A stretch of 19,963 bases of DNA from a virus. Taxonomy: Duplodnaviria > Heunggongvirae > Uroviricota > Caudoviricetes. The notes under the pieces were generated by a model. It saw nothing but the letters and a program-made list of their open reading frames with translations. It had not been told where the DNA came from and did no database searches. Of this stretch, positions 1 through 6,506 are shown one piece after another. Location: the IMG/VR virus record IMGVR_UViG_3300025162_000035. One strand, written 5' to 3'. Each line of letters begins with the position of its first letter. Position 1 is the stretch's first letter. The position numbers and the translations under genes were made by a program.

Positions 1-267
1 AGTAATTTTTATACACGAAGTGATAATTTTGATATTGATAGAAATAAAAAAAATATAAGAAGCATCGGCAAAATATGTGTGTGTGGAAATACAATAAAAA
101 GCGATTCGATGATGTGTGTTAAATGTAATAATATTTCGCAAAGAAAAGTTGAAAGACCAGAACACTCGATTTTAATTAAAGAAGTTAGTGAGATTGGATT
201 TTTAGCTACTGGGCGAAAATATGGGGTTAGTGATAACTCAATTAGAAAATGGATTAAAAAAGGATAG
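1..267 (+). CDS. C-terminal fragment of a putative phage homing-endonuclease-like protein (Zn-finger plus HTH tail); 5' truncated by window edge
   Basis: Frame open from base 1: ...CVCG...CVKC...RPEHSILIKEVSEIGFLATGRKYGVSDNSIRKW, a tail typical of phage HNH endonucleases. The catalytic domain is not visible. Stop TAG at 265-267. Confidence 0.55.
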   Translation, partial: SNFYTRSDNFDIDRNKKNIRSIGKICVCGNTIKSDSMMCVKCNNISQRKVERPEHSILIKEVSEIGFLATGRKYGVSDNSIRKWIKKG

Positions 268-346
268 GTTGAGCAACTGGCTGGCTCGGAACTCTGTAAA
301 AGTTTTGTCTTTATTGACCTTGGGGGTTCAAATCCCTCCCTATCCA
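262..346 (+). tRNA. trnY: tRNA-Tyr(GUA)
   Basis: Acceptor GGATAGG/CCTATCC, anticodon arm GAACT-CTGTAAA-AGTTT, long variable arm, T-loop TTCAAAT. Confidence 0.92.
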
Positions 347-444
347 CAAAATGCTGGGTCAAAAACAAGTAGGGTCTGCTAACCTGAACGGAGTATGATA
401 TGCAATCTTTAAAGATCAGGATAGCAGTTCTGGTTGGCGAAGTT

Positions 445-516
445 TTTTCTGTGGTGTAGAGGTAGCACGGCTGGCGGATGAGTCAGCAGGGATAAGTTCG
501 AATCTTGTTAGAAATC
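445..516 (+). ncRNA. tRNA-like RNA with non-canonical anticodon loop
   Basis: Acceptor TTTCTG/TAGAAA, D stem GTGT/GCAC, T arm ATAAG-TTCGAAT-CTTGT; anticodon stem GCTGGC/GTCAGC closes a 6-nt loop GGATGA with no U33. Confidence 0.65.
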
Positions 517-628
517 GATGGGGTTGAAGGCGATCAATAGGTCAACCAACGGATAATACCGTAAACCTTAAAGATGAAATCGTTACCATGGATAGAACGA
601 AAGTAATAACGAAGATCAGATATTTTAT

Positions 629-706
629 GTTAGGGTGCCTGAGCGGTCCAAAGGAAATGTTTGCAAAACATTAAAATCGGGGGTTCGAATCCCTTCCCTA
701 ACTCCA
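629..706 (+). tRNA. trnC: tRNA-Cys(GCA)
   Basis: Acceptor GTTAGGG/CCCTAAC, loop TTGCAAA, U73 discriminator, encoded CCA. Confidence 0.95.
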
Positions 707-820
707 GAATGAAGACATGGGTTCAAATCCCACTGTAGGCTTTCCAAAAAAGAACCATAGCACACACGAGGTGTAAGGTATAGCCTATATAGTTTAGATG
801 GGAGAACGTCAATCTTATTA
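707..820 (+). ncRNA. Circularly permuted tRNA-like gene A (3' half before 5' half)
   Basis: 3' half 708-746 (T-loop TTCAAAT, TGTAGGC, CCA) precedes 5' half 783-820 (GCCTATA-TA-GTTT..GAAC). Acceptor strands pair 7/7. Confidence 0.7.
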
Positions 821-821
821 A

Positions 822-1004
822 GTGGTATTTTTTATTAATAGGAGTCTTCGTGAAAGTCGGTCAGAAATTCAAGGCAAAGCATCACAAGAGGATGTGGAAA
901 AAGCTAAAGGAATAAGTGGAAAAGCATTTACAGTAAGTGTTATTTCTGTTGTTATCGTATTACTTGGTTTAATAATCAATTTGGCATTTCATTTCATTAA
1001 GTAA
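822..1004 (+). CDS. Small hypothetical protein with C-terminal transmembrane helix
   Basis: 60 aa, GTG start, hydrophobic stretch AFTVSVISVVIVLLGLIINLAF. Confidence 0.55.
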   Translation: MVFFINRSLRESRSEIQGKASQEDVEKAKGISGKAFTVSVISVVIVLLGLIINLAFHFIK

Positions 1005-1017
1005 ATCAAATTAAAAT

Positions 1018-1108
1018 CCAGATGAAAACGTGGGTTCGAATCCCACTTGGTGGGGCTCCAAAAAAGAAACCCCCGCCTGTCGTTTAGTGGTTCAGGACAT
1101 CATCATAT
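1018..1108 (+). ncRNA. Circularly permuted tRNA-like gene B
   Basis: 3' half 1021-1060 (GATGA, GTGGG-TTCGAAT-CCCAC, GGTGGGG, CCA) precedes 5' half ~1071-1108 (CCCCGCC, D arm GTTT/GGAC, TCATC). TCATC/GATGA pairs 5/5. Confidence 0.72.
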
Positions 1109-1191
1109 GCTGTGTTACGCAAGCGGTCAAAGCAGTATCTCTTTCAAGGATATCCTTAATTGGTTCAGGGGTTCAAATCCCCTACACAGTA
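1109..1191 (+). tRNA. tRNA with Glu(UUC) anticodon and long variable region
   Basis: Acceptor GCTGTGT/ACACAGT, TATCT-CTTTCAA-GGATA, 14-nt variable region, T arm AGGGG-TTCAAAT-CCCCT. Confidence 0.85.
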
Positions 1192-1196
1192 CAATG

Positions 1197-1404
1197 CCCC
1201 TCTTAGCTCAGTCGGTTCAGAGCGTCTGGTTTAGACCCAGAACTTAACATTTTTAGTGAAGGTACCAATAAATCTTGTACAGGGTTTATTGGAAGAATAG
1301 TTAAATCTGCAAGGTAGATGACCCTGAATGTCTTACTAATAGTACTTAATGTAAGAAGATATGGTGTAGTCGAGGAGTCCAAGGTTCGAATCCTTGAGGG
1401 GGGA
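1197..1404 (+). tRNA. tRNA-Leu(UAG)-anticodon RNA with 138-nt insert in variable region
   Basis: Acceptor CCCCTCT/AGGGGGG, D stem GCTC/GAGC, TCTGG-TTTAGAC-CCAGA, T arm CAAGG-TTCGAAT-CCTTG at 1380-1396. Confidence 0.75.
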
Positions 1405-1410
1405 CAAAAT

Positions 1411-1482
1411 GGTGCGTTAGCTTAGTGGTTAGAGTAGCCCCACGTTCAGGGGTTGGCGGGAGTTCGAATCTTTCACGCACCG
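1411..1482 (+). tRNA. Atypical tRNA, GUU (Asn) anticodon, aberrant loop
   Basis: Acceptor GGTGCGT/ACGCACC, G73, GCCCC-ACGTTCA-GGGGT (C33 and C37 instead of U33/purine 37). Confidence 0.7.
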
Positions 1483-1574
1483 CTGTTTGATTTTAATAAG
1501 AAGAATGCTTTCTTAATGGATACAACATGTGAAGGAACCGACCGTTGGTCGAAAGATTAAAATCAAACGATTTT

Positions 1575-1584
1575 TTAATATATA
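1575..1584 (+). promoter_or_regulatory. TTAATATATA motif (putative phage promoter)
   Basis: Same motif recurs just upstream of many start codons on both strands. Confidence 0.5.
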
Positions 1585-1588
1585 TTGT

Positions 1589-1900
1589 ATGAAAATTAAA
1601 CGGTTTAACGAAATATCAGTTGGGCAGCCATGGGATAGTCAAGCGCACAGAGAATTTTCAATTGATATGAGTGTTGTAAAGGCTCACGATAGCACACCAA
1701 ATTATTTATCAATTATTAGAAGTATGATTAGAAAGGGTGAAGGTAAAGTTTGGGTGAATAATATTGAAGGTAATACAGCACACATTAGATCGTGGCAGTT
1801 TGATATTCTTGGTGATGCAACGGTTCCAGTTGAAGCATTAAAAGGTTTTAGTATGAAATCATGGACTACTAATAACGTAGCAAAAAAATTTGATATGTAA
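1589..1900 (+). CDS. Hypothetical protein, MKIKRFNE.../...KKFDM tagged family
   Basis: Start moved to ATG 1589 after the TTAATATATA motif; family N- and C-terminal motifs. Confidence 0.75.
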   Translation: MKIKRFNEISVGQPWDSQAHREFSIDMSVVKAHDSTPNYLSIIRSMIRKGEGKVWVNNIEGNTAHIRSWQFDILGDATVPVEALKGFSMKSWTTNNVAKKFDM

Positions 1901-2449
1901 CTATCCTTTATAAATTTTTATCATGTATGGTGGTATGTTACCTTTAATTCTAAACCCATGACCATATAAAGCACTATCCCCAAGAGAATTACCACAATCA
2001 ATATTACTGTGCAATCTTTTGTTTCTTAGTTGATCAGCATCTGGTTTTAAATGGTATATTGGTGCATCGATTTCATACACTGTAATTTTGTTGTATGGAT
2101 ATGACATTTCGCCAAATGTTTTAGCCATTGATGGAAAGAGTGACAAATATGTAAATCCTGGTTGGCTTTGCAAACTTTTTTTGGTTGATTCTTTGGTTTT
2201 CATCAACCCCTGATTCATTATATCATGTTCATCAGATGTTCCATGGTAAAGTTTAAGGCAAGCAAATTTGTTAGCTCTAAGGAATTTATTCACAGCTTCA
2301 ATATCTTTAGGTGTTGGGTCTTTGTAGAGCAAAGTTTTAAATGGCTCAGTTGTCATTGGATCAATAACCTTTGGGGTAAATGAAGTGGCAACTGGTGATA
2401 TTTTGTGCCCGATGTAGGAATTTTCGAATAGCTCAAATTTTGTGATCAT
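1901..2449 (-). CDS. Putative ADP-ribosyltransferase-fold protein
   Basis: LYHGTS...I...GL, then FTYLS...AKTFG and VYEID, matching the ART/Tpt1-like strand order; MITKFELFEN start. Confidence 0.55.
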   Translation of the reverse strand: MITKFELFENSYIGHKISPVATSFTPKVIDPMTTEPFKTLLYKDPTPKDIEAVNKFLRANKFACLKLYHGTSDEHDIMNQGLMKTKESTKKSLQSQPGFTYLSLFPSMAKTFGEMSYPYNKITVYEIDAPIYHLKPDADQLRNKRLHSNIDCGNSLGDSALYGHGFRIKGNIPPYMIKIYKG

Positions 2450-2486
2450 AAGCTATATATAATTTTTTATTTTTTATATATAGGCT

Positions 2487-3353
2487 ATGAAGTATTTGAA
2501 AACTTTTTTAGAATCAGCCGATAGTCCAGACCTTGTTGGAAGATTTTCACCAGCGGAAATGCGGACCGCAGCCACAAATGATGACCAATTTGCTGAAAAG
2601 TCAATGAGACCATTTGTTAAAGGCTGGTATGCTGGTAAAGCTGGTAAAGCATCCTCAGATTTGGAAGATATGATGAATGATAATCGATGGGGTACTATGG
2701 GAAGCAAATACGGAATATCTGATTATTTTTACAAAAATCTTTTATCTAAAGTCCCAGAATTTGAAGGATGTAAATTAAGAGTCGATGATAATAAAGAAGA
2801 TGGCAAAATTGGTTTTTATGTTGGTAAAAAACACCGAATTATAGGGACAAAATATGAAGCAGCATTAGAAATTTGGGTTCATTTTCATACAAAATATATT
2901 AAAGTATTCAACTATGAAAAAGGAAAAATAAAACTTCTTTTTTCTTGTGGAACAAACGATGCTATTGAAGGCTCAATTAATAGGGCTGATACACAAGATG
3001 AAGATAAATTATTCGATAAGATTTTGACTGATATTTTAAAAGATCATCCTGACAAAAAATACTCAACATCATTACAGGTCTATGGTAAAAATTTAAATAA
3101 GGATTCATTCTTAAAAAAATTGCCACAAGTCAGAAAGGACTTCAAATATTTTGAAAATTACGTTATTCCTCAGGCAATATTTGAATTTCAGGAACATCTT
3201 TATTTGAATAATTTTCCAAGGTTTTTTGAATTAATAATGCATAGTGATGATAAATCGTATGATGATATATCACCAAGAATTCTTGCAAAATATAAAAATC
3301 AAATACCACAAAAAATTAAGGTTGGAGTAAGTTCCGCCAGATTCGATTTATGA
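2487..3353 (+). CDS. Hypothetical protein, MKYLKTF.../...RFDL family
   Basis: 288 aa ORF with family termini. Confidence 0.85.
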   Translation: MKYLKTFLESADSPDLVGRFSPAEMRTAATNDDQFAEKSMRPFVKGWYAGKAGKASSDLEDMMNDNRWGTMGSKYGISDYFYKNLLSKVPEFEGCKLRVDDNKEDGKIGFYVGKKHRIIGTKYEAALEIWVHFHTKYIKVFNYEKGKIKLLFSCGTNDAIEGSINRADTQDEDKLFDKILTDILKDHPDKKYSTSLQVYGKNLNKDSFLKKLPQVRKDFKYFENYVIPQAIFEFQEHLYLNNFPRFFELIMHSDDKSYDDISPRILAKYKNQIPQKIKVGVSSARFDL

Positions 3354-3733
3354 GAATAGTAAAATTTAATGAGAAATTGTCAACTGCTGAAGTTGAGTTT
3401 GCGGAAAGTTTCAAAGGTTCTTTGAGCGGTGATATTACTGATTATATTTTAACAGTGTATAAAGAAACCAAATTACCGAAAGAAGAAATAAATGACATTT
3501 TTAATTCAAAATATATTGAAAAATATTTAAGTGTTGATCAGGATATTCAAAAACTCGAAAAACAAATAGAAAATCTTACTAAGAATAAAGATTACTATGA
3601 ACTTGATGCCACCTCTGAAGCAGTTTATTTATTACAGGAAAAATTAATCTTCAAAGATTTCGCAAGTTTATATCGTTTGTATATGGATCGTAGAGGTAGT
3701 GGTGGGTTTGATCCTGATAATGATGAAGAATAG
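3350..3733 (+). CDS. Hypothetical protein (MRIVKFNE start)
   Basis: 127 aa, ATGA overlap with upstream gene. Confidence 0.8.
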   Translation: MRIVKFNEKLSTAEVEFAESFKGSLSGDITDYILTVYKETKLPKEEINDIFNSKYIEKYLSVDQDIQKLEKQIENLTKNKDYYELDATSEAVYLLQEKLIFKDFASLYRLYMDRRGSGGFDPDNDEE

Positions 3734-3828
3734 GTCGAATCTGCGTGAAGAAAGATAAGTTTTTAAACGTTTATCAATTTCTTCACGATATTTTTCTAAT
3801 ATTCTTGGGTGAAGGTCATAAAGTGAAT

Positions 3829-4273
3829 ATGATAAAGAAATTCAAAATATTTGAAAATCGTGATCGGTCTGAAGAAGTCCTATTAGGTCAAATTGTATTT
3901 AAATTTGATGAATTGAGAACTACTGGATTTTTTAATTGATCATATTATTCGCAAGTTTGATTTGAATTGGTACAATTGCTTAAAAACAAAGGATTCCCCA
4001 AAAATAGAATATGGTGATTATATATATTATGATGGGTTTGTTAATCCTAAAGTAATCAAAAATGTTGAAGCAACCTTTCAGGGTGTTAAGTTCAAAAGAT
4101 TGAACGTTAATCTTAAGAGTAGCTTTAATTATACATTTCAAGATGATGAAGGATATTACATAAGCAAGGACGTAAATATTCCAATATCAATGTTAAAAAG
4201 TTATTGGGATTCATTTCAAATGTATAAGATCGATGTCACCAATTATTTTAATTATCAAAAGTTCGATCTTTAA
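3829..4273 (+). pseudogene. MIKKFKIFE.../...KFDL family gene split by a +1 frameshift near 3916-3934
   Basis: Frame 1 MIKKFKIFEN...KFDEL stops at 3937; frame 2 is open from 3917 (ELLDFLIDHIIRKFDLNWY...QKFDL). Confidence 0.6.
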
Positions 4274-4285
4274 TCAGTTACTTAT

Positions 4286-4357
4286 GGCGAGGTAGTTCAG
4301 AGGCAGAACAGTTGAATCATAATCAACAAGTCGGGATTTCGAAATTCCCTCTCGCTA
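4286..4357 (+). tRNA. tRNA with CAU anticodon (elongator Met or Ile2)
   Basis: Acceptor GGCGAGG/TCTCGCT, GTTGA-ATCATAA-TCAAC; lacks initiator GGG/CCC stem. Confidence 0.88.
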
Positions 4358-4521
4358 CAAATTAGAAAGTTCATATCAAATATAATAAAAAAATTAAAAT
4401 TGAATAAATGCAGAACGGCAGTATGCGGTTGTGTGCAGCGGGGATCGTGACCCTAACCGTCAACAGTTCGACTCTGAACGGGCATGGTTAGCAATATCAC
4501 AACTTTACTCAGTTTTTTCAT

Positions 4522-4594
4522 GGGCTCTTAGTATAATTGGTTAGTATAGGTCCCTGATAAGGATCAGACCTTGGATCATTCCCAAGAGAGCCTA
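4522..4594 (+). tRNA. trnI: tRNA-Ile(GAU)
   Basis: Acceptor GGGCTCT/AGAGCCT, GGTCC-CTGATAA-GGATC, T-loop ATCATTC. Confidence 0.85.
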
Positions 4595-4604
4595 CTTCCC
4601 AAAT

Positions 4605-4681
4605 CCAGATGTATCCGCTCACTCTTATAAGGTGTAGAAACGGTAATTGGTCACATGAAGGTTCGATGCCTTCCATCTGGA
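4605..4681 (+). tRNA. Rearranged tRNA, Ile(UAU) anticodon, no conventional D arm
   Basis: Acceptor CCAGATG/CATCTGG, CACT-CTTATAA-GGTG, T arm GAAGG-TTCGATG-CCTTC; AATTGG D-loop motif lies 3' of the anticodon arm. Confidence 0.72.
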
Positions 4682-4686
4682 CAAAT

Positions 4687-4759
4687 GGTCGGTTAGGATA
4701 ATAGGTGAGTCTGCATGCCTTATAAGCAAGCGATGGGGGTTCAAAGCCCTCACCGACTA
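4687..4759 (+). tRNA. trnI: tRNA-Ile(UAU)
   Basis: Acceptor GGTCGGT/ACCGACT, loop CTTATAA, T arm GGGGG-TTCAAAG-CCCTC. Confidence 0.85.
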
Positions 4760-5788
4760 CAAAGAAACACAGGTTGTTGGTTTACAATTATTATAAAATT
4801 TTTCATTCATACTTTTATTATATTGAAAAGAAATATAATCATTTTCTTCACAGTATTTTTCTAATGATTCTTTTTTGGGTATAATTGTTTTATAATAATA
4901 ATCCCATTTCCTTTGTAAATCTTTATTAGATATTATTGTCTTACATTCAACAATATAAATTCCTTGTGTTGTTGTTATTTTGAAATCTGGGTTATATTTT
5001 TTGGTTATACCATCAATTACAAAATTTATTAAAAAATTACATCTTTCTATATTTAAAACTACAAAATTTTTCTCAAAGTAATTCAAACAACTATATTCAA
5101 CTTTAGAATCACATCTTATTAATTTATCCTTGTATTTATAGCGGCATTTTATACTTTTTAATTTTGGTTTAAATATGCCATCTTTTATTTTATTGCTCAC
5201 AAGTTTAGATAAATTTTCTTTTATTTCTTTTGTCATTGAACCTTTTGATGCACAACTAACACTACAATATTTTTGTTTATTTCTTCTTACCCATTTAGAT
5301 TTGTATTCTTTATGACAGTATTCACAATTTTTTTCAACATATTTTGGATTTGTGTTTTTTATAGTCTTTATTTTAATTTTTTTATTTTCAAATCTTTTTT
5401 TAGATGCACAACTAACACTACAAAATTTCCTATGCCTGACACTCCATTTTAATTCAAATTCTGAATTACAATATAGACACACTTTTTTAATTGTATCTGG
5501 TAAGCCTTTTTTTAAAGTGATTCTAATTTTATTTTTTGTTTTTTCTGGCATTTTTTTATTTTTATTAGTTTTTGATGCAGAACAAGACATCGAACAAAAA
5601 GTATTCCTTCTTTTATCATATTCAATTATATTTGAACAATTTAAACATAATTTTGGTTTTTTATTATAAATATCTATTCTATTTTTTTTAAGAACTTTTA
5701 TTTTCTCTAAAGATTTTTGGTTAGCCTTTTTATTATTTTCGAAAATTTTACCAGATTTATAATAATCCGAATTTTTAATACTTGCCAT
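4757..5788 (-). CDS. Putative free-standing endonuclease: three Cys4 Zn-binding repeats plus C-terminal TnsA-like PD-(D/E)XK domain
   Basis: Three CxxC...F/YCSxSC repeats; C-terminal RCDSKVE...YNPDFKI...YIVECK. Confidence 0.7.
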   Translation of the reverse strand: MASIKNSDYYKSGKIFENNKKANQKSLEKIKVLKKNRIDIYNKKPKLCLNCSNIIEYDKRRNTFCSMSCSASKTNKNKKMPEKTKNKIRITLKKGLPDTIKKVCLYCNSEFELKWSVRHRKFCSVSCASKKRFENKKIKIKTIKNTNPKYVEKNCEYCHKEYKSKWVRRNKQKYCSVSCASKGSMTKEIKENLSKLVSNKIKDGIFKPKLKSIKCRYKYKDKLIRCDSKVEYSCLNYFEKNFVVLNIERCNFLINFVIDGITKKYNPDFKITTTQGIYIVECKTIISNKDLQRKWDYYYKTIIPKKESLEKYCEENDYISFQYNKSMNEKFYNNCKPTTCVSL

Positions 5789-5869
5789 CGTTTTTTAGTT
5801 TATATATAAAATAAAAAAAGTCGTATTTATTCAACTCGAACTCAAATTTTCAATTTATAGGCACAAAAA

Positions 5870-5944
5870 GGATATATAGCTCAGTTGCGTTAGAGCGCAT
5901 CGCTGATACCGATGAGGTCGTAGGTTCAAGTCCTACTATATCCA
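5870..5944 (+). tRNA. trnI: tRNA-Ile(GAU)
   Basis: Acceptor GGATATA/TATATCC, CATCG-CTGATAC-CGATG, T arm GTAGG-TTCAAGT-CCTAC. Confidence 0.93.
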
Positions 5945-5949
5945 CATAT

Positions 5950-6022
5950 TCCTCCTTAGCTCAGTTGGTAGAGCAGCAGTCTGTTAAACTGCGGGCCGCT
6001 GGATCGTGACCAGCAGGGGGAG
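5950..6022 (+). tRNA. trnN: tRNA-Asn(GUU)
   Basis: Acceptor TCCTCCT/AGGGGGA, G73, GCAGT-CTGTTAA-ACTGC, T-loop ATCGTGA. Confidence 0.92.
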
Positions 6023-6025
6023 CAA

Positions 6026-6409
6026 TTAAAGATCAAATTTTTTACCAGTGGTTTGGCTTTTAATATCTTTAAGTAATTGGATGATTTCAGGTGTAGGATC
6101 GTGGATTACAATTTTTCGGAAGTCTGGAATTTTGGCACCCATCGGTGCGCCATTATAATCGAAGTTCACCCAGACCCCGTCTCTATCATCACTTTGAATT
6201 TTTGTGATCACTTTTTTTATATTTGGAGTTTTGGTTGAATCATAGAACGAGATCGTTCTACCTACAATTAGTTTATTCAGATATTCCATAAAACGTTTGA
6301 AGTCGTAGGTATCTTCTTTGGAATGCCCGAATAATTTTCTTAGATCGGATATATGGAAGTAGGTTCCAGTGTCTGATGGTCGTTTAAAGTCTTCGAATAT
6401 TGTGATCAT
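6026..6409 (-). CDS. Hypothetical protein, paralog of the 9986-12834 array family
   Basis: Start reassigned to MITIFEDF at 6409; F.I.D...F, L..L.VG.TI and I.IHD.P...KKFDL motifs shared with array members. Confidence 0.8.
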   Translation of the reverse strand: MITIFEDFKRPSDTGTYFHISDLRKLFGHSKEDTYDFKRFMEYLNKLIVGRTISFYDSTKTPNIKKVITKIQSDDRDGVWVNFDYNGAPMGAKIPDFRKIVIHDPTPEIIQLLKDIKSQTTGKKFDL

Positions 6410-6506
6410 ACAGTATATATTATTTTTAAATTCAGAATGTTTGTCTGTGATTGGGTGCACCACGCAGATAATAAATGGAAAAATGTGGTTAGAGCCCACC
6501 GTTCTG

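Noticed and set aside
372-386. Ser(GCU) anticodon arm GGGT-CTGCTA-ACCT as a tRNA or ACAGCAA-family member
   Set aside because: Loop is 6 nt, there is no T arm or ACAGCAA motif, and the bases fit an alternative longer helix better
783-1060. One tRNA split by an ORF-containing intron (5' half at 783, 3' half at 1021)
   Set aside because: GCCTATA does not pair with TTGGTGG; each 5' half pairs with the 3' half upstream of it
707-1108. Two-piece (permuted) tmRNA
   Set aside because: Both elements have true D stems and anticodon stems, which tmRNA lacks, and no tag frame or pseudoknot series is evident
1242-1379. Pistol-like ribozyme or group I intron in the Leu(UAG) insert
   Set aside because: Only loose resemblance (hairpin-loop pseudoknot then AATAG); too short for a group I core and conserved residues could not be placed, so left unnamed
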